DNA from: Callorhinchus milii
Lineage: Eukaryota
DNA: 64,000 bases
Assembly (NCBI RefSeq): GCF_018977255.1
Contig: NW_024704744.1
Coordinates: 17,732,001 to 17,796,000, forward strand
Direction of reading: 5' to 3'
The notes under the pieces were generated by a model. The model saw only the letters and a list, made by a program, of their open reading frames with translations, ran no database searches and was not told the DNA's origin. The translations under genes were made by a program, and so were the position numbers. Below are positions 37,091-50,829 of this stretch, one piece after another; position 1 is the stretch's first letter; each line of letters starts with the position of its first letter.

Positions 37091-37605
37091 CTTTGTGAAG
37101 CACTTCAAGTGATTTCAACCTGGTAAAAAAAAGTGAATAAAATGTATGTTCTTTCTTCTGTGTCCAGGACCACTTTAACCATTAGTATTTTAGCTCACAG
37201 GATTTAAATCTCACAGATAACTACGAATGTAGCATTTAGAAGCTAACGGGAGACTGTTTAGCTATCGCACTAACTGCAAGAATTATGATAACAGAAGATT
37301 TAAGAATTTACCCCTCAGTATCACCAAATTAATAATGTAACAGAGCCTCTTTTATTAATAATCAAGCTCATCAGTTAATCAACACTTGAACAAAAAAATT
37401 TTAATTCAATAAATTAAACCAGATTTCAAAAGTCAGATGAGGTTTACTTTATAGGAAACATTGCATTTTATGTCAAACTTTAAATACATTTAAATAAAAC
37501 TTGAAGGCACATTGCCCTGGATTTATTATACTTTTTTAAAAAAAATTAGCACTAGGATTTCTATAAATAAAAGGAGAAACAACTTTTTAAAAAAATGTGT
37601 TAAGT

Positions 37606-38078
37606 CTGTCTCAGTTGGTAGCACCTGTAAATTCGAAGGTTGTGGGTTCAAACCCCGTGTCAGGCAGGTTTGAGTTCATAGTGACACTCCAATGCAATGC
37701 TGGAGAAGTGTTGCATTGTCACAGGTGACAACTCTGCATTTCATGTCCTCTGACTATTCAGCACCGTGGGACATCCTCCTGACATGAAAGGCGCTATGCA
37801 AATGTAATTTAGTACTGAATGAGATGTTAAACCAACATTAAACATCCAATGACACTATTCAAAAAGAGACGTGAATTTCTCCTGATGTCTTGGTCCATAA
37901 TCCCCAGATAGAATTAGTCATTTACTTCACTGGCTGTTTGTGAGACATTGTTGCGAGCCAACTGGTTGCAATATTCATCAACAAATACAGTTGCTATCCC
38001 TTACAGTAAATCCTATGAAGCACACTGAGACGTTTTAGTGGCATGATAAGGCACTAGAAATGCAAGGATGATCATTAT
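37606..38078 (+). mobile_element. Old DeuSINE (family B), near full length, with an L2 tail insert at ~37760-37810
   Basis: ctcagttggtagcac...gaaggttgtgggttcaa tRNA head, tgcattgtca, Deu gctgtttgtgagacattg, tail aaatgcaaggatgat. Confidence 0.8.
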
Positions 38079-39487
38079 AGCCTATTCAATTTTCAAATTA
38101 GCAGCAACATTTTCTTCCTGGCCTATATATAAAGAAACCATCAGCAGTCAAACATACCCAAAGAGAGCTTTCCTCTCTGCAGAACTGGAAGTGGTTTTTT
38201 CCTAATAACATTTCTTGAGGAAAAAAATGTAAATGGTAATATATAGAAGGACCACAATCTTCTACACTACCACTATTGTTTGACGGCTCTCTCCAAAACA
38301 ACTCAAGTATTGAATGTTTATGAATTCTCTTAGAGTTAACAAACTAAGCTGGTGCCAGTCTATAGTGAGCCCGATTAGTTAAGCTGATGTCATGCACATT
38401 CCTTGCTGCTAAGACAATTGAGATCACAAAGGCTACTTCAACACATCTGCCTTCAGGAGAAAGCACACGATCTCTACAACTAAACCAGCAATCCCAATCA
38501 GCCAACAGCAAGATGTGTTGTTCTTGGCATAAGGCTGATAAAACTCCTGTGGTTTAGAAGATTCAAAGTGCCCAAGTGCAACAAATACTCAAAATCTGCA
38601 CATTTGCCAACATGGAGCAAGTGGCTTCTAACCATGGGGATATTCCAAAGCGAGACAGAAACACGGGCCTCATACCCTGTCTCCCCTCATTAGCTCTTTA
38701 ACTGCTGCTACTTCATTACCTCTCTTTCCTGCCTAATGATCTAGTTTAGTGCAAATTGTCACTTATGGCCTTTTTACTTTGTCATGGCATGAAATTTTTA
38801 TACTCTTATTTTCCAACAGAGAATTGCTCATGGAAGCTATGAGTGGAAAACAAGGGGAGTAGAGTTTACCATCCCTCCAATTCCAGCTTTTCTAAAGCAT
38901 ATTCTAACGACGATGGAAACTGTTGCTTGCATTTTTTTTAATAGGCCTTTAAACACATGCTGCATTTTGGATTCATACAACCCTCTGGCATCTGTTACTC
39001 AACAGGTAATAAAAATGCTGTTAAACGGTACAATTTTCTTTAGTTCTCTTCCAAATTGGTTCCTCATTAGATCAGTTTTACTAGTACTACACGTACATAT
39101 ATTACAATCTCAAGACACGCTATCCACACTCAGGTTTCCACGTACTCATCAGAAGGCATTTGTGGAAGTCATCTGATTTGTCAGAATATGGAATTAATTG
39201 CTGTAAGACTGCTGCTTGAACAAAGTCGAGTGGGACATTTAAAAGGAAATTAGAGAAGTTACAGGTGTTGCAGACTTTTGATGGTTCTAAAGCATCTGTA
39301 CCCCTGATGTAGTTTAATCTCTCTATTGTACTTTGCATTTCAAATACATAGCTCTTTAATTGCCCTTTCAAGATGTCTGAGATCTTGAGACCTAGTTTAT
39401 TCTCAGCTTTCATCTTTACCCTAGGGATCAGCCATTTTGCTCTTCTCTATAAACAATTCTAGGACCTCGTAGGAGAGAAGCACGTGC

Positions 39488-39980
39488 TTTCAGTAGTATT
39501 GCATGATCCAGATGGTAGCATTCGTCTCTGTGAGTTCAAATCCTAGATCAGAACTTGAGCTCAAAGTCTCGTCTCCAGTAAAGTACTAGGGGAGCCCTGC
39601 ATGGTCAATTGTTTGAGATGTTAAAAAATACATCCCTTCTGACTGTTCTGATAAACATGGAAGATCCCATGGCACGAAAAGGCAGTCTCTCCTAGTTTTC
39701 CAACCAAAATTCCTCCAAAAAACCTGGTCATTTACCATATGACTTGTAGAGCATTGCTGGTTGCTGCATTTGCCTAAAAATGTAACCAGACTTGACAGTA
39801 ATTACTGTTATTCATTGATACATTAACATTATAGAAGCTATTAAAAATGCAAGTTGTTCTACTTCGTGACTAAGATTTTGTCCACAAAATACAGTCAGTC
39901 AACTTTACAGTGTATCCTGTGAGGCACTTTGAGACGCCTTGATGATATAAGGCATTATATCAAATGCAAGAATTATTACT
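39488..39980 (+). mobile_element. Old DeuSINE (family B) followed by a family A tail (39880-39980)
   Basis: gtgagttcaaatcc, aagatcccatggcac, ttgctgcatttgcct; then cacaaaatacagtc...tatatcaaatgcaag. Confidence 0.65.
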
Positions 39981-40124
39981 TCATGTCAACTCAACCAAAG
40001 ATATTACAAGCTTGGAGCAAATGTTAGAAATCATTAGTAATTCAGCATTGGTAAAAAAAATTCTACTCAGTTTACCATTTTTATCTTTTGATCTGCAGAG
40101 GTATCCCCCTTGAATGCCACACAA

Positions 40125-40530
40125 TTAGAATCATGGAAATTACAATATACAGGAGGGCATTTGGCCGAGTGAACCTAAAAACTGTTAATCCACTGGAGTG
40201 AATTACAATAATACTATTGCTTGCTCTTCCCTCTTATTCTTCCACTACAAATGTTTATCCAATTCCCATTAAATGATTTTGGTCTCAACTTCAATAGCCA
40301 CTTGTTGCAAAGTATTCCATATTCTACTAACACTTTGCCAGGAAAATGTACTGCTTTTGGTAACAATCCTGGCCCTTGTTACAACTTACTCTTGTTACAA
40401 ATTCACCAAATAGCTGGAAGAATAGTCTCACAATTTTAAAGACAATCATTAGATCTCTTCAAAGCATTCTCTGTTACAGCAGAAAGAAACCCAATTTTTT
40501 CAAGGTTATCCTCAAAACTACAACCCCTAA
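40125..40530 (-). mobile_element. Old CR1 3' fragment
   Basis: agaatcatggaaattacaa...ggcatttggcc, tttatccaattccc, attccatattcta, acaattttaaagacaatcattagatctc. Confidence 0.65.
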
Positions 40531-41019
40531 TTTCTGGTATCCAGAATTATCAGAAATAAAATGAAAACAGACAAATCACCCGAAAGAACCGAAAAAGGAA
40601 CTTACATTTAGATAGCACATTTCACGGAGGTAGCATCTCAGAGAGCTTAACATTGCATTTGACATAGCCGTTCATTATGAAGGATCATTCATGAAACATT
40701 AACAACAAGTAGCGCCTTTCACATTGGGAGGACTTTAACTTAATTTTCCTCTTTCAGATGACTTACCTCGTGCAAAATACAAGCATTTCTAGTTTCAGAC
40801 TTGTTTCTTTTATTAATCTCTGAGAACCGATAACTAGCTTATAAAGCATCTTGGGACGTCCTCCCAACGCGAAAGGTGCTATACAAATGTAATCTTGTTG
40901 TTGTTGTTGTAGTAAAGTGATACGATTACAAATCCTATATATTATTACAATGATTTGTTTTAGGTTTCAGCTGTGTAGTTTCAAAATCTAGCATTGCTGT
41001 AGCCGAGATACAAATCTAA

Positions 41020-42292
41020 AGATGATTGAGACGAGGACATAGAATTTAAAATATCTAAATTCGTGGATAATACTAAGCTAGGTGGGAGAGTAAGCTCTGA
41101 GGATGACACAAAAAGCTTGCAAAGGAATATGGATAGGCTAGGTGAGTGGGCAAGAAGGTGGCAGATATAACGTGGGGAAATGTGAAGTTATTCATCTAGG
41201 TAGTAAAAACAGAAAAGCAGATTATTTTCTGGAGGGGAGAGACTAGATAGTGTTAGTGTTCAAAGGGATTTGGGTGTCCTTGTACACCAGTCACAAAAAG
41301 TTAGTATGCAGGTACAGTAAGCAACTAGGAAGACTAATGGCATGTTGGCGTTTATTGCAAAAGGGTTAGAGTACAAGAGTAGGGAAGTCTTGCTGCAATT
41401 GTACAGGGCCTTGGTGAGACCGCACCTAGAATATTGTGAGCAGTTTTGGTCTTCTTATTTAAGAAAGGACATACTCGCCTAAGAGGGGGTGCAGCATAGA
41501 CTCACTAAGTTAGTTCCTGGGATGAGAGGGTTAACCTGAGGATAGGTTGAGTAAACTAGGCCTATATTTTCTAGAATACAGAAGAATTAGGGGTGATCTT
41601 ATAGAAACATATAAGATTCTTATGGGGCTTGACAGAGTAGACAGTGTGAGACTGTTTCCCTTGGTAGGAGAATCTAGAACTTGGGGTCACAGTCTTAAGA
41701 TTAAGGGTCAGCCCTTTCGAACAGAGTTGAGGAAACACTTCTTCACTCAGAGAGTAGTGAATTTATGGAATTCTCTATCCCAGAAGCCTGTAAATGCTCA
41801 TATTCAAGACTGAGATTGATAGATTTCTAAAGGATAGAGAGATTAAGGGATATGGGGATAAAACGGGCAGATAATAATAATAATAATAATCCTTGCATTT
41901 GATATAGCGCTTTTCACGTTGGGAGGACGTCCCAAAGCGCTTCACAGAATATACTGTAAAGTGAATTGACTGTATATTTGTGGGCGAACGCGGCAGCCAA
42001 TTGCGCACAGCAATGTCCCACAAACAGTCATGGATTGAAAATGACCAATTTATTATTGTTTTTGTTTTTTGGAGGGATTATTATTAGGCTCTGTGTGGAG
42101 TAAGGAAACTTGCCCAAGGTTTCGCCCTCTGCCTGGAATTGAACTCGGGTCTCTCACTTGCAAAGCGAGTGCTCTAACCACTGAGCTACAGGACTCCAGA
42201 TGGAGTTAGATTAGAAGATCAGCCGTGATCTTATTGAATGGCGGGGCAGGCTCGAATGGCCTACTCCTGCTCCTAATTCCTATGTTTCTATT
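41020..42292 (+). mobile_element. CR1 LINE (RT C-terminal half and 3'UTR) split by SINE A
   Basis: ISKFVDNTKLGG, YKSREVLLQLYRALVRPHLEYCEQFW, RRIRGDLIETYKIL, RKHFFTQRVVNLWNSL; 3'UTR gatcagccgtgatcttattgaatggcgg...tcctatgtttcta; in-frame stops. Confidence 0.95.
41873..42197 (-). mobile_element. Young SINE family A, full length
   Basis: TSD AGAT at 41869-41872 and 42198-42201; the host CR1 rejoins as gggc-agat-ggagttag. Confidence 0.95.
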
Positions 42293-42311
42293 TTCCTAAA
42301 TGCTAATTCAG

Positions 42312-42787
42312 GCACAAAGAGGAGGGTCTTGAAGAAGGCAAGGGAGGGGACAAGGCGGATGTACTGTGAGATGGAGTTCCAGAGGATGGGGGCAGAGAGA
42401 CTGAAGGCCCATCCACCAATGATGGAGAGGGCAAGGCAGGGAACGTGAAGTAGGCCGGAGATGGTTGGCGGAGGGAGCGGAGAGGTTGGTAGTGGGTTAG
42501 GAGGTCACAGAGGTAGGGGCGAGGCAGTGGGGGGCTTTAAAGTTGAGGACCAGGATGTTGAACTGTACCCTCTGAGTGATGGGGATCCAGTGAAGTCCGG
42601 CGAGGAAGGGGGTGATAGGGCCACGGAGCCTGGTGCGGGAGAGAACACGGGCTGCAGAGTTCTGAATGATCTGCTGCCTGTGGAGGGAGGAGTTGGGGAT
42701 GCCGACAGGCAGGGAGTTTGCGTAGTCGAGCCTGGATGTGAGTAACGCGTGGATAAGGGTTTTGGCGGCCTGCGGTGAGAGATGCAA
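42312..42787 (-). mobile_element. L2 RT C-terminal fragment
   Basis: ORF 42497-42787: AKTLIHALLTSRLDYANSL...IQNSAARVL...ITPFLAGLHWIPI. Confidence 0.92.
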
Positions 42788-45084
42788 CAGAAACTGGGGA
42801 TGTTCACACTAAAGAGAATGCTCTGGTGAGATCTTGATATCATCAAGATCCTAAAAGTTACAAATAAATGGAACCTAAATAATTTGTTTTTTTGTGGTCA
42901 AAAGTCTGGACCAAAAATCAAGCTCACTGACTTACTTGAGCTCAGAAATGGGAAAAGTGATTAAACACAGCGGTGAATATATGAAATAGACTAGCCAGAG
43001 AGGTGGGGTAGGTAGATTGTGTCAGCAAATGTACAAGAAATATAGATGCTATTTGCAAATTTAGGGAGTAACAAACATAATAACAATCCCACAAAATACA
43101 CAGTCAATCCACTTCACAGTATATCTTGTGAAGCACTTTGAGATGTCTTGACAACATGATAAAGTGCTATATCAAATACAAGGATCATCAGGTAGTAAAG
43201 AAATTTACAACATACTTTGTGTTGAAAGATTACAAATTTCTGTAAGACTGCTGTCAAGATCCAGAAAGAATCACCAGCCCACACAATATGAGGCTTAACA
43301 GTAGGAACTGAAATGTAAGCAAAGAATGAAGCCATCGCTGTCACACAGCCCATCTCTGATGGGATAAATCTAACTTGAATACCACACCACATTCTCCCCT
43401 TCAAAAGTTGCAAGAGATTTATCCAGCTTTAAGGGCGCCTGGACACTACCCCGCGTGAAGGGCACTATATAAATGCAAGTTGTTGTTGTAAGCATGGTCT
43501 CTGTCATTTGGAGCACTGTTCTCCATGTTGCAATGTTCTCCCAAATGCCTATAAAGAGATTGTCAATGACCTCAACATACTGCCACTTAAAAGCCTAAAA
43601 GCAAGACATTATTCAGAACAGGAAAAACAGCTGTGAGCAGAGTGATCTACACTGTGGGAGGGATGGGTTTACAGGTTTACATATTGGCGTTTCCTTTATC
43701 GTCAGATTATCAGCACCTACACATTAATAATTAATTATTTCTCTGAAAGCACGTTAATTCAGACTTACAAGTCATTCCATGTTGACCATAATCACCCAGT
43801 AATATTAAACCTCATTTCTAAATAAAGAAAAATAAGAGCCATTTTATTAATTTTAAAAATACATCAATTGAAATATACCTAAATTGCTTCTGAAAATATT
43901 ACAATGAAAGTTGTAAGGAGGATTAATTCATCAATGCATCAGATTTACAAGTCATTCCAAGCTGCTGAAATGAGTCAATCGTATCTAACACTCTACCTGG
44001 GAATCGGGGTCACACTGAGAGTGTATACCCAGAGTGGGTAGAAACACTCAGCAGTCATTAGTTACGCCTGACCACCTGCAAACCAGCCGCTCTGTAGGCG
44101 AGAGGAGTGCTTGAGGCATGCACTTAACAAGAGTAAAACTGCAGAGTGTGCACTTAACCAGAGGATTATAGCATCAACAACAACAACAAATTGCATTTAT
44201 ATTGAGCCTTTCACATCATGAGGACGTCCCAGCCACTGGATCAAGCCTCACCTAATGATTGCAGGGTTTTGGCCTCTACCATCCTTCTTGGTAACTTGTT
44301 CCAGTTGTTGATCATCCTCTGTATTAAAAACACTTCTTGATGTCAATCCTAAAATTGCCTTTGACAACTTTGAATTTGGGCTTTCTTATCTTGCTGCCTT
44401 GGTGTTTCAGAAAATACTGTTCAAGGTTTACTTTTTCTCGTTTCACTTAGCATCATACACATGTCTGGAAGATCCTTTCAGAGATGTCTCCATTCAACAT
44501 CAGAGTCCCAGCAGATCTAATCATTCCTTATCCCTCTATCACAGGAGTTCAGTCTCATTGTTCTTTTCTGCACTACATCTGGAGCCTGAGCAGTCAGACC
44601 CCTTGTTGCAGCAACAAGAACAAGTTGTACTGCAGGTGCCGCCCGATTACACTGCTTGATCAGAACTTCTGGGGATCAGGTTCAACGAAATCGTAGACCA
44701 CCAAGTCTCATCTTATTTACTGCAGTCTCACAGGGGGAGGGGAAGGGGTGAGCATTATACACTCAGTATTTCAGCTCACAGACTAGGTTGACACACTAGT
44801 GTAATATTCAACATGGTAAACAAAACATCAACTTACACTTAAGGTCCCCCTTAATTTCTATGGAGTTCTATTTTTACTTCCTGTAAAAAAAATGACCAGC
44901 CCAGGTGTATGCTCTATCAAACTCTGGGCTGGGGGAAAAAAAGAGAAACTTTTATATCATTACAATTTTGTGGGTCTGAAGGAGAATGAGAAGCACACAG
45001 AATGAGGATGCAATCTTTTATCTGGAACAATTCATTTGAAGTCCAAACCAGACAAATTGGTTAAAACTCTTCCTTTGGAGGGAC

Positions 45085-45647
45085 AGACTCGACAATGCTA
45101 ACTCCCTGGTCGCCAGGCTTCCCAACTCTTCCCTCCACAAGCTGCAGATTAATCAGAACTCTGCAGCTCGTGTCCTATCCCACACCAAGCTCTGTGAACT
45201 GATCACCCCCACAATTCCCAAATGCAATGGCTCCCCATCCCTCAGAGGATCGTGTTTACATTCCTCGTCCTCACTTTTAAAGCCCTCTACGATCTTGCTT
45301 GTTCCTACCTCTATTAACACCATACCAACCTGTCCTCTCCCTCCACTCAGTGGACACTGGCCAGCTTCACATCCCCTGCTCTGCCTGTCTATCATTGGTG
45401 GTCGGGCCATCAGCTTTTCTGCCCCGACCATCTGAAACTTTATCCCAGAATCCCACCATCTTGCCCCCCCCCACCATTGCCTCCTTCAAGGCTCATCTCA
45501 AGACTTTCTGCTTTGACCGTGCTTTTGGCCACCCTCCAACCCTCTTGATTCCAACCCCCAAGTCGGATGGAAACCTTTAACTGTCTAGAACCTCGGAACA
45601 TCCTTCCAACGTGAAAGGCGCTATATAAATGTAATTTTGCTGTTGCT
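45085..45647 (+). mobile_element. L2 3' end
   Basis: RLDNANSL, QLIQNSAARV-like and FKAHLKTF motifs; tail acgtgaaaggcgctatataaatg. Confidence 0.88.
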
Positions 45648-46084
45648 TAATTTTATAGTCGAAGGAGCTTAACCAAACTGAATTCCAAGTCAATAAAAGT
45701 TTATGGTATATTGAGACCTAAATGGAAATTAAACAGATTCAGCAAAATTCAGACAGTCTAATATTGGTGTACCAATAAACTACACAGGGCAAATGTGACC
45801 CAAATGGGAATGTGCTGCTTGAGATTCCAAGCCACAATTGCAACTGGCAATTTAGATCTGCAATTAATTATAGAAAATCCATATAATCCATTTCCCAGTA
45901 GCCAATGCTATAACATTTATTTTAACTGAGGCTTATAATCCATACCCTAAACAGATGGTTAGTAATAAGTATGAAACCTCCAGGCAATAATGAAGAGGAG
46001 ACAAATGCACAAAGCGCAATTTGTGATGGTGGAGCAACCAACTGGTTTCACTTAGACCAGATCATCAATTTTTTTTAAAAAATG

Positions 46085-46300
46085 TGGTTTGATCAGGAAG
46101 GTCCCAGATAAAATTCTTACATTGATTCAGAGTTAGCCAAACCCAAGTTAAGGGAAAATGTCAAAAAGTTTGGAAGAGGTAAAGCTTCACATCAATCATT
46201 ATCCACCACTTCTTGCTGCACATATCTGCAGATGTCAGTCAAGGACAGTATGGATTGGGCTTCACACCATACAAAGATTCATCATCATCACCAAGGCATG
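46085..46300 (+). mobile_element. Old SINE-like repeat (family C)
   Basis: caggaaggtcccag, gagttagc and aggacagtatggattgggct shared with the 9660 and 62530 copies. Confidence 0.45.
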
Positions 46301-46618
46301 CACATGGACAACTACAACTTTAGTGAGACACTGGAAACCACAACCAGCATCAGCCAATCCCTTCAGAAGAGAATAACAACAATACTTGCATTTGATACCG
46401 TGCTTATCATGTCAAAATATTTCAAAGTGCTTCACAGAATTTTACTGTAAAGTGATGTGAATGTGTATTCTTGCAGGCACATGCAGAAGCCAGTTTACAC
46501 GCAGCAACGTGCACTACCCTGGTTCAGTTGGTGGTACTCTAGCCTCTTGAATCAGCAGGTCGTGGGTTCAAACTGCACAACAGGACTTTAAACTCATATC
46601 AACTAAGCTGACACTCCA

Positions 46619-46995
46619 ATAATAATAAACATACAGTGCCGTATCACATCTTGGAGACGCCTCAAAGCACTTCACAGAATATACTGTAGAGTGAATTGAC
46701 TGTATATTTTGTGGGGGAATGTGGCATGCAAGTCCACACGGCAGTGTCTCACAAACAGTCATGGATTGAGTGACAAGTTTGTGGTCAAAATTATTTTTAA
46801 TTTTATTTTTTGGAGGGATAATTACCCCTGGAAAAGCATCCACCTATCAATTAACAACCAGGTTCCAACTTACTGCAAGGTAAACAGAAGCGTGTAGAGC
46901 AAGGAAACTTGCCCAATGTTTCGATCTTCCCAGGAATCAAACGCAGTCCTCTTGCTTGTGAGGCGAGTGCTCTAACCACTACACTACAGGACTCC
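46619..46995 (-). mobile_element. SINE family A long subfamily inserted in a family B head (46520-46618, 46996-47040)
   Basis: Reverse of ggagtcctgtag head plus the extra block ttacctt.cagtaagttggaacctgg; host ttcagttggtggtactct...gtgggttcaa...gctgacactcc. Confidence 0.85.
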
Positions 46996-47044
46996 ACTGC
47001 ACTATTGGTGGGCAATGTTGGACGTGCATTCCTTCAAATAACAA

Positions 47045-47450
47045 GATCTCCTTGTGAGCTTCCTGGTGATGAGCACAGTTCAGCATAAAATAAGTGAGAG
47101 CATTGCCACCATCTTGCTGTTCACAACTTGTTCACACATCCTTTCCCATTTGGTGATGGTTCCACCAACTGGAGGTGTGGAGCTTGAGCAGCAGCTGCTT
47201 ACCTCTCTGCATATCAGTCAAGGTTGATTCCAAGCCCTGGATATACAAACATGTGTTCACGAACTCAAACTCTGGGTAACACCTTCCAGCAGCTGTTATC
47301 CAAGTCTTACAGCTTCTTCATCATCTATCTGATTGACAACTGCCTTCAATGTGATAAAAAGCATTTTAGAGGACAGCTTGTGATGTGCCAGCCACCGTGA
47401 TGTTCTCGGGGTGCACGTGCAATGTTTCATACCAGGCTTACTCAGCACCA
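47045..47450 (-). pseudogene. Highly decayed non-LTR RT C-terminal fragment, RTE-like
   Basis: Frameshifted minus-strand peptides NITVAG, DDEEAVRL/ITAAGRCY, GLESTLT, AAQ..HL..V, ITKWER in the order expected for the RTE ORF tail. Confidence 0.4.
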
Positions 47451-49287
47451 GCTGCTTAATCCAATTCCTCATGTGAGGGGCTGAGGCAAATAAACAACAA
47501 TAACTTGCACTTATATAGCGTCCTCCACGCAGGATAGCATCTGAGCACTTAACAGTGGCACTGGAGTCTGACTCCGAGCCGGGAGTTGTAAACCAGATTG
47601 AAGAAACGTGCCACCAGTGAAGTTAACTCCACCCATTGGGGTACTCAACAACAACAAATTGCAATTATATGCTCAGCAACAGGTGAGTGAATGCCAAAGC
47701 CCTCCCTTTCTGCAGCTGCTTCCCAGTTTGCCATAAATTCACCTCATTATGGGATACTGTTGTGTGCAAATTAGCTGCCTCATTTGCCTACAGCATATAG
47801 TCAATGCACTTTACAGTATATCCTGTGAGGGGCTTCGAGATAGCCTCCCAAAGTGAAATAGCAAATGTAAGTATCATTATTATTTATTATAACAATTTCC
47901 TACAAGCAGTCCTGAAGTGACTGACAGCATGGTGTCAGTCATAACCTTCAGGACATTTCAGGCAAAACACTCATGGGAATGGAGGTTTTGCATTCAAAAC
48001 AGTTAACTGTATTGGCAGAAAATATATTTTGGCTAGATGCTTGAACAAAAACACCCAATGGTACACAACAAAAATTCTATTTAAAGCAGTGTTACAAATT
48101 AACACTAGTTATTAACTAGAAGATGCAGTAAAGTATAAAATACATAGTACTGTTATTTACTACCATCGTAAATCAGATTGAAGACTGAGAGCTCCTGCTT
48201 CAACCACAGAACTGGCCTGTGTTGTGAAGCGAATGATTAATCACAGATTGACATAATTGCTGAAAGCGAGTCTCCATCCAAATCCAAGAGAATTAAAGTA
48301 CAGTGCATTCCTCAGTTGGTTTCATCTGAAACTGAATGGTTCTAAAACAAATTGCCTGGAGACAAGGGTGTCTGGATATTAACAGAGTCTCACCTCGATG
48401 ATGAATCTAGCCAGAGTATTTGGTAACATACACTATGCTCAACAATGCGAGACAGCTGCAGTGCTGTCTTCCCGAACTTCAAAAATGCATATCATGTGTG
48501 AAGTACACCCACTAAGCACTCCCCATTGAAAGAAAACAGGATGGGGGGGGGGGAGGGAGAGGGGAGGGGGCAGAAAGAGGGAGGACACTTCTCAAAATTG
48601 GAAATTACTAGCTGTGTTAACTTTGGAATGTTTGTTCGTGCTAACAGCAGCAACACAAACGCTTAGAAAAGTAAAGCAACCATTTAATTCTGATTCAGAG
48701 TAACTCAAGGCATCCATTGAAAATAAATTCTTAGTATCTTGATATACCCAGGAGAATGTTCAAGGAAGGAGGAGTGTATTAAAAGTGTCTTTCATAATCC
48801 ATATTTTAAATGTTGCAGCTTCAATGTAAAAGAATTTAAACATTTTCTCTTGTTTAGCTGGTATTTTCAGGGATAAGCCATGGTCATCATATCTAATCTT
48901 CAGAATGTTAGTGCATACATTGCTATGAATTTCTGGATGATTACGTAAGCTGCCATCTACATGTTTGTTGTGTACTTTATACTCAAGTTACTATCTTTAC
49001 CAGACTTTTACAAAATAGCACGTTTCTGAAGGCAATGATTTGTTGTCTCAGAAGGCTTTTTGTCTCTTCAGTAACAAAAGGTGTGGTTACCAAGCAGCAG
49101 TTTCAGTTGTCCCAGAGAACTATTTTCCCACTGACGTAGGCTTTCTGACATATACAGCTGAAAGAGCTGGCCCAGAATAGATCTGACACCATGCTTTTAA
49201 TTTTATACTGGAGGACATCAATGTTGTCTGAGGCTTCCAAGCAGTATGACTTGGCCAGTTTTATTTAAATACACTTATGTTGAACAT

Positions 49288-49585
49288 AATAATACTTGCC
49301 ATTTGATGTAGCACTTTATCACATTGTTGAGACGTCTCAAAGTGCTTCACAAGATTTTACTCTTCAGTGCAGTGATGGCGTGTCTTGTCTATAGGCAAAA
49401 GTGACAACCAATTTAAGAACAGCAGTGGCCTACAAACTAGGAAGTAATAACCAATTTTATCTGGGGGATTGCTGCCCAGGACATTGGGAGAAACTTGCTC
49501 GTCTTGTCAAATAGTGCCATGGGATCCTTAACATTTATCTGAACAGACATACAGTACCTCCAAAGGACTACACTTCCGACATGAC
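49288..49585 (-). mobile_element. Old DeuSINE (family B)
   Basis: gagacgtctcaaagtgcttcac, gcccaggacattgggag, aaatagtgccatgggatc. Confidence 0.75.
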
Positions 49586-50829
49586 AGAGATAGGGTGTTA
49601 GTTCAATTTACAGCTGCAACGTAATCAATATTTGTGCCCAGGAAAGTTATGCTTTTTTTTATAAACACAAGCTTTCTTCCCTTTCCAACATTTCAGAATC
49701 TCCAAGGAGTATTACTACCGTTGTCTAACTAAATCCACTCATGTTAATTCAGTGATGAGCTACAATGCGTTTCTAGGTGATTCTTGCAATGGATTTTAGT
49801 CTTTATCTATTCAGAAATGGATTAAAAATCTGACTGCACACTGATTAATCTATAGGCCGCCTTCAGTTTCAGCTTGAATCTCAGGTTTTACTGATCTGCA
49901 ATACTAAAAACTAATTGCAGATCAATTTCAAATTTGATATTCCTCTATTCAAATTCAGGAGGCAATAAAGGAATAACACACACCTCTTATTTTTGTAGCC
50001 TTTTAACTAGTTGTTTTGGTTTTGTGCATTAGGTGACACAAAAGGCAATCTGGAGATTGCACTGTTTGATGCAGTTTCAAGAAGTATCTGAAGAATATTG
50101 AGTTGAAGCAGCTTCGTGCTCTTGACATAAACATGGATATGTGACTCAAGTATCAACAAATCTCTTAGCTCTTCTAATCAGAATTTGCTGCAAGACTGAC
50201 AACTCAGCTATTAGTTAGGTTAAACTGGGATTTAATTTGCAAGTTGGGTTAAAAACCCATGTGCACAATTTGTTGATAATGTACTTGTCTAGCACTAGAA
50301 GTGGTGGGCAATATTAGTTAATTTTAGCAGATTCCAGACTCCTTGACGTGATAGCACAATGCACATCAATCACTCCAGACTCACCCAAAACATCCACAGA
50401 GTGATTTTTTTTCTTTAATCTGAAGCTGGGCACAGCAAACCTATTACATGATACCAATGCAACAAACAGCCCTCAAATATAGAAATACATAGCAATGAAG
50501 AGCAAAGAGAACACATTACAACTGAAGGTACTCAAGTTAACTCAGATCTTTGTAAACCAGTAAACAAAAGCACAATTCAATCCAGCTACCACATACTTAG
50601 AAAGCCTGCATTTGCTGCTGCTGACCTTCAACCACACAGCATACAGTTCCAGCTGGATTCACTGAACAATTCAGTTACAATAATCTAGTGCAATTGTTAT
50701 TGATTATCTTAAACTGACAACAATATATTGAACTGTTAACATTTACACGGACCGTTTGCTCAAAATCACTTATTGGTTTCTGGCAATCATTTTCAACTTT
50801 CATTAGCTGTCAGCACTTGCATTCTGTAG

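Noticed and set aside
48394-48478. Minus-strand FGKTALQ (ankyrin-like) upstream of a GTGAGA donor
   Set aside because: Weak acceptor, and the following residues do not fit an ankyrin repeat
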